DNA from: Bacteroidetes bacterium UBA1312
GTDB lineage: Bacteria; Bacteroidota; Bacteroidia; Chitinophagales; Chitinophagaceae
Direction: 5' to 3'
Length of the DNA stretch: 64,000 bases
NCBI GenBank assembly: GCA_002307135.1
Contig: DBTQ01000001.1
Coordinates: 40,769 to 104,768 of the forward strand
The notes beneath the pieces are model-generated. The model was not told the origin of the DNA and ran no database searches. It worked only from the letters and a program-made list of their open reading frames with translations. This document shows, piece after piece, positions 48,228-59,122 of this stretch; the first letter of the stretch is position 1, and every line of letters starts with the position of its first letter. The position numbers and the translations under genes are program-made.

Positions 48228-49045
48228 AACCAAACCTTTACTGCTTTTCCATTGTTCCTGCCCGGCTTCCAGAGTGGCATACCGCTAACAACCCTTATGG
48301 CTTCTGCTTCAGAACCATAACCAAACCCTCTGACAATTTCAATATTAGATATGGAACCGTCTTCATTTACTACAAATTTGACGCGGACACTTCCTTGCAT
48401 ATTGGCATTTGATGCTGCGCTCGGGTATTGAATATGTTCATTCAGATATTTGCTCAAAGCGTCTTGTCCTCCGGGGAATTCCGGCCATTGCTCAACCACA
48501 AAAACGGGCTTTGTAGTAGTTACTTTGTCTCCACCATTAATAACGGCGAGGCCTCCTGATTTTCCTTTTCCTTTAGGGTCATTTAAATCTAAAGATTCGT
48601 TCCCGAGTGAATCCCCTGTCATTGTAAGCTTTCCTACTACTGCATGTTTTAGATCGTCTTGCGATGCCATCAGATCTTTTTTCTGCACCAAATTATCCTC
48701 TTCTATTTTGGGCTCCGACATTTTTACTGTGTTTACTGGTGCAGGGTTTTCTTGTGGTTTTTTAAGTAGTTCAATTGGTTTTTTAGGTTCTTCTATTTTT
48801 ACATCTTTAATATCAATAATTGTTTTAGTTTCTGGCATTGCAAGTTTTACGCTATGGTTAATCTTATCAGCCATTACTTTATATCCGAAAGAAACGAACA
48901 TGAATGCGAGTAAAAACGCAGCTCCTGTTTTCATCCTTTTGGGATATTTCGTGCGCAGCTCGTAGCTGCCATAACTTTTATTACGTCCATCAAAAACGAT
49001 GTCTAGGTAATTGCTGTTTAATATTTTATGGCCGTCCATTGTCAT
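48197..49045 (-). CDS. tonB: Energy transducer TonB
   Basis: N-terminal TM anchor, a Pro/Lys/Glu-rich spacer, and a TonB_C domain (VEQWPEFPGGQDAL..AQGSVRVKFVVNEDGSISNIEIVRG...). Confidence 0.8.
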   Translation of the reverse strand: MTMDGHKILNSNYLDIVFDGRNKSYGSYELRTKYPKRMKTGAAFLLAFMFVSFGYKVMADKINHSVKLAMPETKTIIDIKDVKIEEPKKPIELLKKPQENPAPVNTVKMSEPKIEEDNLVQKKDLMASQDDLKHAVVGKLTMTGDSLGNESLDLNDPKGKGKSGGLAVINGGDKVTTTKPVFVVEQWPEFPGGQDALSKYLNEHIQYPSAASNANMQGSVRVKFVVNEDGSISNIEIVRGFGYGSEAEAIRVVSGMPLWKPGRNNGKAVKVWFYLPITFKLN

Positions 49046-49194
49046 TAGGTTTTATATCAAAGAGATGCAGCAATTAATGTTTTCCATAAATGTTTTATTA
49101 AGGAATCAGATTTTTGCGAGAATGGGAACAGCTCATTGTTTCGATATTGGGATCTCCTATTTAGTCTTATCTTTGGGTATAACTTGATCGCCAA

Positions 49195-50469
49195 TTGACA
49201 ATAGCCAGCTTTATTATTAGTGCTACTTTTTTGCTTATTATTGGCGTTGCTGGCTATGCTATTTTCGCCGATCGTAAAGCATTTTCGCTAAATCTAATAT
49301 TTTGGATTTTTGTTTTACTATTTATGGGGCTTGCTCCATTTTTTCAATATGCTACAGGTATTATTCCTTGGGGCAAAAAAATAGAAGATGTAACCTTCAT
49401 CAAAGCAAATAGCATTATTCTACTTTGCTTAGGTACCTATATTTTTGTACGAAATCGTTTGATGCAACATTCAGAAAGATGTTATGAAAGTAAGTTGCCC
49501 ACCTTTAATTTTGATGAAGGGTTTGTTCGCCGATATAGGGGTGTCGGTAATATTGTCTTTGCTATTTGTTCGCTATTACTTTGTGTATTATCTGGAAAGG
49601 GTCTGTTTCTGAGAAGTTTGGTTGGGCATTCAGATTTAATTCAGAACTCTTCCCTGCAACTTTTATCTGATAAAATTTTACGTGGTGCCGTTTTATATTT
49701 TTCTATAATAACAATTGTTCTTTTTAGAGAAGGGAAAATAAAAAAAATACAATTGGTGCTGGTACTGTTCTTGTCTTTTGTCACCAATTTTCCGTTAGCC
49801 GTTCCCCGTTATTGGGCCGCCACATTTTACATTGCATTGTTACTGACTTGTCTGGGTAGTTATTTGTCGAAAAACAAATATTGGTTTCGCATATTCCTTA
49901 TAGGTTCTATCCTCATTGTATTTCCATTGTTAAGCATTGCACGTTATAGTAAAGACGAGATTTTCCATCGATTTAATAGTATTAGAGATGTGTTTGGTCT
50001 CTCGTTTTCTTATGGCGATTTTGATGCCTATGCTTCGTTTTGCAGTACTATTAGTTATGTTCGGGAGCATGGGATTACTTGGGGCAAGCAGTTGTTGACA
50101 GTGCTTCTGTTTTTTGTCCCACGTTCTATCTGGAACAATAAAAGTGTTGGGAGCGGAGCTTTGGTTAATCAGTTGAAAGGGTCTGATTTTACTAATTTTT
50201 GTAGCCCAATTTTTGCAGAAGGTTATATCAATTTTGGTGTGATTGGTGCTGTTTTATTTATAGCAATGTTGGCGTGGCTGCTTACCCGGTATGATCAGTA
50301 TTATTGGGATGAAAATGGAATAACTTTTCCAATAGTTTTTTATCCTGTTGCAATTGGTATGTGTTTCTTTATGCTACGAGGAGATTTGCTTTCTTCGTTT
50401 GCATACACTGTGGGTATTTATGTTACTGGGTGGGGGTTTCATCGACTGTTGAATGGAAATGGCAAGTAG
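49195..50469 (+). CDS. Polytopic membrane protein, possible oligosaccharide repeat-unit polymerase (Wzy/EpsG-like); TTG start uncertain
   Basis: About 10-12 TM segments, ~420 aa, with one larger loop in the second half. This resembles Wzy/EpsG topology, but I recognise no motif. Confidence 0.3.
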   Translation: MTIASFIISATFLLIIGVAGYAIFADRKAFSLNLIFWIFVLLFMGLAPFFQYATGIIPWGKKIEDVTFIKANSIILLCLGTYIFVRNRLMQHSERCYESKLPTFNFDEGFVRRYRGVGNIVFAICSLLLCVLSGKGLFLRSLVGHSDLIQNSSLQLLSDKILRGAVLYFSIITIVLFREGKIKKIQLVLVLFLSFVTNFPLAVPRYWAATFYIALLLTCLGSYLSKNKYWFRIFLIGSILIVFPLLSIARYSKDEIFHRFNSIRDVFGLSFSYGDFDAYASFCSTISYVREHGITWGKQLLTVLLFFVPRSIWNNKSVGSGALVNQLKGSDFTNFCSPIFAEGYINFGVIGAVLFIAMLAWLLTRYDQYYWDENGITFPIVFYPVAIGMCFFMLRGDLLSSFAYTVGIYVTGWGFHRLLNGNGK

Positions 50470-50490
50470 TATCTATGTTATTAAGCGCAA

Positions 50491-51168
50491 TTATAGGGCA
50501 CTCTTTTTTTGCATGATAAATACATCTTTCATATAAAATGGTTCTGAACTAGCTACATTGGCAAAGCCTTGTTTCTTGAAGTTTTGGTAAGCGTAATCTG
50601 CCCAAAAAGTCAAATCAATTTCTGAAACCTCTAGTACATCTGAGCCGAAGGTCTGGATGCAATTTTCGTCTCCTGAAAATATTATTTTTGAATCGACATT
50701 CTTGTCAACGAAATCCCGAATAGCCAGTTCATCTTTATGAATAGGACTAATTATCTCATTCATGGACTGATCATAAACTGCAAAAAAATATTCTCCTTCC
50801 CGAGCCGTTATCAATATTCCATGATGTAGGAAATTTGTATGTTTTTGTATTTGTTGGTAAGCGAGTAGTGCTAATTTATTGTCAAGCAGTAAGTGTGTGT
50901 TGAGCGCATAAGCGATCCCTTTCGCACTAGCCATGCCTATGCGTAATCCTGTATAGGATCCGGGGCCGGAACAAACTGCAATAGCATCGATATCTGTTAA
51001 TTGAATACCGGAATCTGCACACACATTTTCTATCATGCCATTGATTACGGAAGCTTGGTTTTTCGTGTCTAAGTTTTCAGTTTTGTTCACCAACAAACCA
51101 TTAGATGATAAGCCTATTGAACTTTTTTTGCCTGAAGTATCTATTAATAAAATGTGTGTCATAGCCAA
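50491..51168 (-). CDS. tsaB: tRNA threonylcarbamoyladenosine biosynthesis protein TsaB
   Basis: ILLIDTSGKKSSIGL...AVCSGPGSYTGLRIGMASAKGIAYAL matches YeaZ/TsaB (an inactive Kae1 paralog). 225 aa. Confidence 0.85.
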   Translation of the reverse strand: MAMTHILLIDTSGKKSSIGLSSNGLLVNKTENLDTKNQASVINGMIENVCADSGIQLTDIDAIAVCSGPGSYTGLRIGMASAKGIAYALNTHLLLDNKLALLAYQQIQKHTNFLHHGILITAREGEYFFAVYDQSMNEIISPIHKDELAIRDFVDKNVDSKIIFSGDENCIQTFGSDVLEVSEIDLTFWADYAYQNFKKQGFANVASSEPFYMKDVFIMQKKSAL

Positions 51169-51223
51169 CGCAAAGGTACATTGCGTGTACGTTATTTTAA
51201 GGGCTCCTTCCTATATTTGTATT

Positions 51224-51604
51224 ATGGAAAAGAAAATCATTCGTACAGACAATGCTCCGGCTCCTATCGGGCCATATAATCAAGCAGTTCAATTTGGAAA
51301 TATGCTCTTTGTTTCGGGACAAATAGCTCTTGATCCTAAAGATGGATCTTTGTTTCAGGGTGATATTGCACAAGAAACGGAAATAGTGATGAATAACCTG
51401 AAAGCAATACTGACAGAAGCTGGCATGGATTTTTCAAATGTAGTTAAGACTTCTATCTTTTTAATGGACATGGGCAAATTTGCTACGGTAAATGAAGTGT
51501 ATGCACGGTATTTTAGAGGCAATTTCCCGGCGAGGGAAACAGTACAGGTTGCAGGATTGCCAAGAGGCGTACAAGTGGAAATTTCTGTTGTTGCAGCCCA
51601 ATAA
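51224..51604 (+). CDS. ridA: RidA family reactive-intermediate deaminase (YjgF/TdcF)
   Basis: IRTDNAPAPIGPYNQAVQFGNMLFVSGQIALDP...PARETVQVAGLPRGVQVEI and 126 aa, from the ATG at 51224. The ORF track starts further upstream inside tsaB. Confidence 0.9.
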   Translation: MEKKIIRTDNAPAPIGPYNQAVQFGNMLFVSGQIALDPKDGSLFQGDIAQETEIVMNNLKAILTEAGMDFSNVVKTSIFLMDMGKFATVNEVYARYFRGNFPARETVQVAGLPRGVQVEISVVAAQ

Positions 51605-51714
51605 TAACAGAAAATGATTATGATCTGATGCTTGGTGAAGTACATACATGCAAATGATTGGAATCTTATATATCACATCTTTTAACTACTTTTGCTGCAT
51701 TAAAAAATATCTGA

Positions 51715-53007
<1,293 letters not shown>

Positions 53008-53022
53008 TTTCAAATATTTTTT

Positions 53023-53310
53023 ATGAAAAAGGTCTTCAAAATAATTTTCAATAAGTATCTGATTACTACAGTTGCATTTATTGTATGGATGACATTCTTT
53101 GATCAAAATGATTGGATGACCCAAAACGATACTCGAAAAGAATTGAAGGAAACAAAGGATGATATCAAGTATTTGACCGCAGAAACGGAAAAACTGGAAC
53201 AAGATTATGTTGCTTTGGTCTCTGACCCGAAGCGTTTGGAGCAATTTGCAAGAGAACGCTATCGAATGAAAAGATCGAATGAAGATCTTTATATCATAGA
53301 GAAAAAATAA
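53023..53310 (+). CDS. ftsB: Septum formation initiator family protein (FtsB/DivIC-like)
   Basis: A single TM helix followed by a coiled coil (KELKETKDDIKYLTAETEKLEQDYVAL). The gene directly follows eno, a conserved arrangement. Confidence 0.65.
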   Translation: MKKVFKIIFNKYLITTVAFIVWMTFFDQNDWMTQNDTRKELKETKDDIKYLTAETEKLEQDYVALVSDPKRLEQFARERYRMKRSNEDLYIIEKK

Positions 53311-53312
53311 AA

Positions 53313-53345
53313 AGAGCGCTACTATTAAGTAGCGCTCTTTTTTTA
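53313..53345. terminator. Bidirectional rho-independent terminator between the ftsB-like gene and the convergent FAD-oxidoreductase gene
   Basis: AGAGCGCTACTATTAAGTAGCGCTCT hairpin followed by TTTTTTT. Confidence 0.7.
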
Positions 53346-54710
53346 AAATTCTTCTTCTTTTAGTTCTTGAGGCAAACGGTTTTTGTCTATCTGATAATAT
53401 TTTGCCCATCCATTGTTCATAGCGAACAGCATTGGCTTTCCTATTATGTTCCCCAAGCCGGAGGGCAGAAAAAAATGCCTACGGTCAGAAAAATATTCGT
53501 AATAACGGTGTTCATCTTCTGTGGCTGTTCCTAAAATGGCTCTTGCTGTAAAATTGCCGCAAAACGAAGCCCAGAGCAAACCTACAACACCCATGATGAA
53601 ATGAATATGAGGGTGTGTTTTGTCTTTTACAATAGTTGGTAGTAAATCTCTGGTGGTATCAATTAATCCGGGCCAGTATTGTATAAAACCCAGGTTTTTT
53701 AAAAATGGGAAATGAGATTTGAATCATTTGTGTACACCGGCAATTACATCTTCGTGATACCATGCATTGGGTAAAAAAGTAGTTGGTCCATTTCCTCCTC
53801 CGAGCAAGAGACGATTGCCATCAATTAATCTAAAATAAGAATATACTAAAGTACTGTCCCAACATTGAAACTGATCGTTTGGAAACATAGTAAGTACTTC
53901 TTTGTCGCTTAATGGCTCGCTTACAGATAAAAAGGTTTGTGCATGAAACACTTCATTGGCAAGCTTGTCAAATGAAGCAGACATCTTATCTATTGCCACA
54001 ATTATTTTTTCCGCTTTCACACTCCCCGCATGTGTGAAAGCAGTGTGATCTTCAATTTTTAATACTTCAGTGCTTTCATATACTTTTATATCATGCTCCC
54101 GTAATACTGTTTTCATGCCCTGCGCATACTGTAAGGCATTGATGCCATAAGTTTCATCATAGCGCACAGCTCCATTAAAACCAGAAGACGTGATTATTGA
54201 CGGAAGTTCTTGCTGATTATAAAGTTCTTGATTGGTAAACCCGACAGATTCTCTGCATTTTAATTCGTCCTGAACGTCCTGCCAACCTGATTTCCCAATG
54301 CCCAAAAACAAACTGTCCTGAATTCTGAAGTCGCAAGTAATATTATATTGAGCTACATTTTTTCTAATGTACTCAATTCCTTTTACAGGTACTTCCCATA
54401 TTTCATTTGCGCCACTTAGTCCATATCTTCTTACTAATTGCGATAATTCTAATTCACTGTCCGGAGTGAGGAATCCGGCACTACGCCCTGTGCTGCTGCC
54501 CGCTAAAATATTCTTTTCTAATACAACTACTTTAAGTCCTTTATTTATAAATTCTGCCGCGGCGCTTAATCCGCTCATGCCAGCACCAATAATGAGCACG
54601 TCGCACGAAATGTCCTTTTGTAGCGGTGGACACAATTCATATTTTTGTTGAAGAAGAGTAGTTAGCCACCAATTTTGTACAATCATGCTCATCGATTTTA
54701 GTATGAACAA
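53343..54710 (-). pseudogene. FAD-dependent oxidoreductase (DAO/DadA-like) interrupted by a single in-frame TGA (plus-strand TCA at 53724-53726)
   Basis: The 328-aa ORF at 53724..54710 carries the Rossmann motif DVLIIGAGMSGLSAA. The 83-aa ORF at 53343..53594 is in the same frame. The only stop between them is the TGA ending the first ORF. Read-through gives ...DVIAGVHK*FKSHFPFLKNLGFIQYWPGL...HFIMGVVGLLWASFCGNFTARAIL..., one continuous ~455-aa DAO-like protein. Confidence 0.55.
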
Positions 54711-54808
54711 ATATACTAATGTGCATTATTGTCTATTGTGATTTTGATGTTAACCATTAGCTAGATTAATGCCATTGTTTTTTTGCGTGAGTACTTTAAT
54801 AGATTTTG

Positions 54809-55459
54809 TTACTCATCGAACAGTAGTAATAATATAGGTTTTTCGGAAACATCGATAATTTTGCTCAGTTTCTGTAGAAATTGAGGCGCAACAGTTGGGC
54901 AACCATCACTTTGGCAAATTGCATCTGGATATACTTCCCTATAAGGAACACATTCGTGGGCATGAAGTACGATGGCTCTTTTAAAAGCATTGTTGTTACT
55001 ACTATCTAGACCATATAACTTATATGCAAGTCCAAATCGGCCATTGTATGACTTCCCAATCTTATATTTCCCAAGAGCACTACAGCCGCAGCCAATGTTA
55101 TTCCCATATTTTCTCCCTTCGAGCCAACGCTCATTACATCTGCCATGCGCTACCAAACCTTGTAAAATAATACTGTCTTTATCCATTTGGTATGCGAAGA
55201 ATCGATTGCGCCCTGAGTATAACCTCATGTCTGCGATAAAACAAATAGTGCTGTTGTATCCGTTTTTTATCGCATAATCTTTCAATAATTTACTTCGATA
55301 TTGTAGCCTGTTTATGACATAATTTTCAATTGGACCGTTGTTAGAAAGTGTTGGTGCATTATTTTTTAAGTGGTCCTTTTTGCCTGAAGAATGGACGCAT
55401 GATGTTATTGCAATAAAGCTGATGAATATAAGTGCGATTATGAGGGGTAGGCTTCGCAT
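54809..55459 (-). CDS. Lipoprotein, possibly L,D-transpeptidase catalytic-domain family (YkuD_2-like)
   Basis: Signal peptide plus lipobox (ITSC) from the ATG at 55459. Conserved His/Cys-containing segments are present (VLHAHECVP...SDGCPT). The family assignment is from memory and is weak. Confidence 0.4.
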   Translation of the reverse strand: MRSLPLIIALIFISFIAITSCVHSSGKKDHLKNNAPTLSNNGPIENYVINRLQYRSKLLKDYAIKNGYNSTICFIADMRLYSGRNRFFAYQMDKDSIILQGLVAHGRCNERWLEGRKYGNNIGCGCSALGKYKIGKSYNGRFGLAYKLYGLDSSNNNAFKRAIVLHAHECVPYREVYPDAICQSDGCPTVAPQFLQKLSKIIDVSEKPILLLLFDE

Positions 55460-55519
55460 GATTAACCGTTGTTTAATGTCAGAGACGTATGCACAGACTA
55501 TTTCCACAAAAAAACATAC

Positions 55520-57514
55520 TTAATTAACGAGCGCCCAACTGAATCCGAAACGCAGCATTGTATTTTGTGCTGCATAGCCTTCTGTAATAATAATATTCGG
55601 TTTGAATAATTGCTGCAACTGGTCGATCATAAAATAAGCTCTGAATCGCTTTATTTTGAAGTTGAAAAAGATAGAAGCTTCCGCATTGTTGCTTACGCGG
55701 TAGCTGTTTTGATAGTAAAAATGATTGAAGAACGGAGTATAACCATTGGCATAATAATCACTGTGGTAGCGGACTTCAATACCCGTTGCTATTTTCAATT
55801 TGTTGCTTAAAACATATTTTTCAATAGCCAATTGATGCCGCCCCATAAAAGCAGGGACATTAACAGGAGCCCCGCCACTAACTTGTTGAAATGCGATCTC
55901 ATTATCTAATGTGAAGTGCCCAAAAACGAACAGTTTGCGCACGCATATTTGTGCGATATTGAATGTGCTGCTGTATTGTTTGGGTGATTGCGAAGAATCG
56001 AAATATAGATAATTGTTGATGACATAATTTTTTGCACCAATGCTGAAATGATAACGTTCACTGTTGATGGTCGCATAAAATTGTGTTGTGCTCTCCTTAT
56101 CAAAATTGTTGAATCTAGACCAATATTGATTTTCGTAAGTGGTATAACTGTAGGGGGCATTATTAAGCTGCTGATGTACTCCTATTTTTATATCGCCCCA
56201 ATTGGCACCCAGGTCTTTGCCAACATTGGCATTGAGTTCAAAATTACCGGCGGCATCTCCGGTTAAAAATATCTTGGTATTTGCAGTATATTCCCACTGC
56301 CCTTTTTGTAAAGCCTCTTTACTTATTGCTCCAACGACATAATTGCTCAATACATTAAGTGTATTGGAACCGGTGAGATAAGCGGTTTTAAATTGATCTA
56401 TCCTATTGCCAATACCGATATTAAATAAGAGCTGGTTTGTTTTTTTGCCCAATAAACCATTAAGCAATATCCGATTGTCGAGATAAGTCCAGTTTTGCTG
56501 TATAAATACAGAATCTGTACTATTGAAGCTATGCTGAAAAAAATCGCTATATCGTATAGAGTCAGGCCGAACATCTTTATACAAATACTTTTGAGCCGTC
56601 AATTCCATACGATGCGCAATTCGGAATCGAGGTGTCAATTGTGTTGTGAATTGTGTAGAATCTTTATTGTAGGCTGTGTCTATAGAACCCCATGTATAAC
56701 TGTGATTCACCAGTAGGCTTATATCCCTTTGTAATGTTGTAACAGGAGATCTTGTACTGCTATAACTAGAATTTTGAAAATTTGTAGGTATAGATTTGCG
56801 GTCACTATAGCTGCTATTATTCAAAAAAGTATCCGAAGTAATGCCACCATTTTCATCATGTTGTTCCTTATTATATACAAAAGCAATATTGAATTGGTAA
56901 TGCTGCGACAACGAAGTATAATTACTGGTCAGATAAAAATTGTCGTGATTATTACGTTGGGTCAGGTAATAGCCCGGAGAATTTATTTTACGGTAATTGA
57001 ATGCAAAATTCCAATTGGGTTTAATGTTTTGTGTGTGCATTATTTGTGCCACCTGCTCCAACTTACTGCCCAACTGATAGGTGAAAACAGAATAAGCCCG
57101 TGTTGTATTAAAATAAGGAAGACTGTCTATATTAAAGCGATAGGGGTCGAACGTATGATAACCCAAAGAAAGTCCGGTTGGATTTTCGGGTGTAAAAAAC
57201 AGATTCATTATTGGACTTCCTAAATTGCCTAAGTCGCGTAACCATGGTTGGCTGAATGGGCGTCGCTGATAGCTATGTATGGAAGTATCCATATTCCACT
57301 TTTTTTCAGAGCCGACTTTAGTATAGTAAATTCTTGCATCTTGGCTTGACCACGTTGAGGTATTTGTTTTTTTTCCGGCAGAGTCATTAGCACTTACATA
57401 GCCATTTTGCCCATTGTTCATAGGTTGCTGTTGTGCTGTTGCACTTGTTGTATGCAGCAACAAGAAATAAGTGAATAAAACAATGAATTGGTATAAACGT
57501 TGGCTGCCGAACAA
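55520..57514 (-). CDS. Outer-membrane 'putative porin' family beta-barrel protein (Bacteroidota-specific)
   Basis: Signal peptide ending TSATAQ. The 664-aa protein is rich in Tyr/Asn/Gly with an alternating beta-strand pattern, and its C-terminal strand ends GFSWALVN. Confidence 0.5.
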   Translation of the reverse strand: MFGSQRLYQFIVLFTYFLLLHTTSATAQQQPMNNGQNGYVSANDSAGKKTNTSTWSSQDARIYYTKVGSEKKWNMDTSIHSYQRRPFSQPWLRDLGNLGSPIMNLFFTPENPTGLSLGYHTFDPYRFNIDSLPYFNTTRAYSVFTYQLGSKLEQVAQIMHTQNIKPNWNFAFNYRKINSPGYYLTQRNNHDNFYLTSNYTSLSQHYQFNIAFVYNKEQHDENGGITSDTFLNNSSYSDRKSIPTNFQNSSYSSTRSPVTTLQRDISLLVNHSYTWGSIDTAYNKDSTQFTTQLTPRFRIAHRMELTAQKYLYKDVRPDSIRYSDFFQHSFNSTDSVFIQQNWTYLDNRILLNGLLGKKTNQLLFNIGIGNRIDQFKTAYLTGSNTLNVLSNYVVGAISKEALQKGQWEYTANTKIFLTGDAAGNFELNANVGKDLGANWGDIKIGVHQQLNNAPYSYTTYENQYWSRFNNFDKESTTQFYATINSERYHFSIGAKNYVINNYLYFDSSQSPKQYSSTFNIAQICVRKLFVFGHFTLDNEIAFQQVSGGAPVNVPAFMGRHQLAIEKYVLSNKLKIATGIEVRYHSDYYANGYTPFFNHFYYQNSYRVSNNAEASIFFNFKIKRFRAYFMIDQLQQLFKPNIIITEGYAAQNTMLRFGFSWALVN

Positions 57515-57730
57515 AGTAAAAATATTTTTAAAACGATTTTTGTGCCTTTTAGGCAGGCAAAGGTAACAAATGCATGCTGAAAGACATGAAGCTTTTCAGT
57601 AGAAATACGCCAATATATAGAGCTTTTAAAATTATTATTGCCCGTGTGTCTATTTTTTCTATGAATTCTTTTGCCGCTTTAGTCATATTATCCTCTTTAG
57701 AAATTACTTTTGCCGAAATTAGGCAGCGGT

Positions 57731-59122
57731 ATGGCTTTACTACCAGAGCAAATGGAATTGCAAGAACAGTTCGATCATTTTTTAAAACTTAATGATAGAG
57801 AACAATTAATCGCATTGCTCGATGAGCAACAAATAAGCGATGTGGCCGACTTGTTGACTGAAGATCCAGAATATGCCTTCACTATCTTCGACCTAATGCC
57901 CATTCATCGTTCGGCTAGTGTATTTAAGATATTGGATCAAGGTGTACAAGAAGATGTCATTAAAGAGTTGCCACCACAAAAAACAGCTGAACTTCTTAAT
58001 GAATTGCCTGCAGATGATCGGACATCTTTTCTTGAAGAATTACCCAGCAATGCAGTAAAGGAACTCATAAAACTATTAGATCCGGAAGAGCGTCGTAAAA
58101 CGTTAAGCTTGCTTGGTTATAAAGAAGGTTCTGTAGGTCGTTTGATGACACCTGATTATATCGCAGTATATCAAAATTGGTCGGTGCTCAATGTGCTTGA
58201 GTATATCCGCAACTTTGGTATGGATAGTGAAACGATTGATGTTATCTATGTTATAGATGAGGATGGGAAATTTATTGACGATGTAAGAATTCGCGAGTTC
58301 ATCTTGCACGGGCCGGATGTCTTAGTCAGCGACTTAATTGATGGCCGTTTTATTACGCTCAATGTCAATGACGATCAAAGTGTTGCTAATGATGTCTTTA
58401 AAATGAATAACCGCGTGGCGCTGCCCGTAGTAGATAATAATAATATCTTGTTGGGGATTATTACTATTGATGACGTTTTGTGGATGACCAACGAAGAATA
58501 TACTGCGGACATTCAACAGATTGGGGGTACAGAAGCGTTAGATGAACCATATTTAGATATTGCAATACCTAAGTTGGTGAGAAAAAGAGCTGGTTGGCTG
58601 GTTATACTTTTTCTGGGAGAAATGCTCACCGCTACAGCAATGCAGTTTTTTCAGGGTGAAATCGAGAAGGTTGTGGTCTTATCCTTATTCATTCCTCTTA
58701 TTGTAAGTAGTGGAGGTAATAGTGGTTCACAAGCATCAACACTTATTATACAGGCAATGGCATTGGGTGAAGTGACGGTTAAGGATTGGTGGCGAGTTAT
58801 GCGCCGCGAATTAGTTTCGGGAGCATTGTTAGGTGTTGTATTGGGTAGTATTGGTTTTATTCGCATTATGCTTTGGCAAAACCTCCATATATATAATTAC
58901 GGTCCACACTGGCAACTTGTTGGTGTTACTATTTCTGTTTCATTACTGGGTATTGTATTATGGGGTAGCCTTATGGGATCTATGTTTCCGATATTGTTGA
59001 AAAAATTAAAACGTGATCCGGCAGCATCGTCGGCTCCTTTTGTGGCGACACTTGTAGATGTTACAGGAATTGTTATTTATTTCTCGGTTGCATATATATT
59101 CTTAAAAGGCGTACTACTATAA
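57731..59122 (+). CDS. mgtE: Magnesium transporter MgtE
   Basis: N-terminal MgtE_N domain, tandem CBS domains, and a TM domain with the GGNSGSQ motif and the D-rich Mg-binding helix. TTG at 57710 or ATG at 57731. Confidence 0.9.
   Translation: MALLPEQMELQEQFDHFLKLNDREQLIALLDEQQISDVADLLTEDPEYAFTIFDLMPIHRSASVFKILDQGVQEDVIKELPPQKTAELLNELPADDRTSFLEELPSNAVKELIKLLDPEERRKTLSLLGYKEGSVGRLMTPDYIAVYQNWSVLNVLEYIRNFGMDSETIDVIYVIDEDGKFIDDVRIREFILHGPDVLVSDLIDGRFITLNVNDDQSVANDVFKMNNRVALPVVDNNNILLGIITIDDVLWMTNEEYTADIQQIGGTEALDEPYLDIAIPKLVRKRAGWLVILFLGEMLTATAMQFFQGEIEKVVVLSLFIPLIVSSGGNSGSQASTLIIQAMALGEVTVKDWWRVMRRELVSGALLGVVLGSIGFIRIMLWQNLHIYNYGPHWQLVGVTISVSLLGIVLWGSLMGSMFPILLKKLKRDPAASSAPFVATLVDVTGIVIYFSVAYIFLKGVLL

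Noticed and set aside
53724-53726. Selenocysteine (UGA-Sec) interpretation of the in-frame TGA in the FAD oxidoreductase
   Set aside because: No convincing SECIS-like stem-loop lies 10-25 nt downstream of the UGA; only a weak A/U-rich 6-bp hairpin is present. DAO-family enzymes are not known selenoproteins. Pseudogene or sequencing error is more parsimonious. It is kept as a low-probability alternative in the findings.
57574-57792. 72-aa plus-strand ORF upstream of and overlapping mgtE
   Set aside because: It lies in an AT-rich promoter region, has no family signature, and overlaps the mgtE start. It is more likely non-coding leader/promoter DNA.
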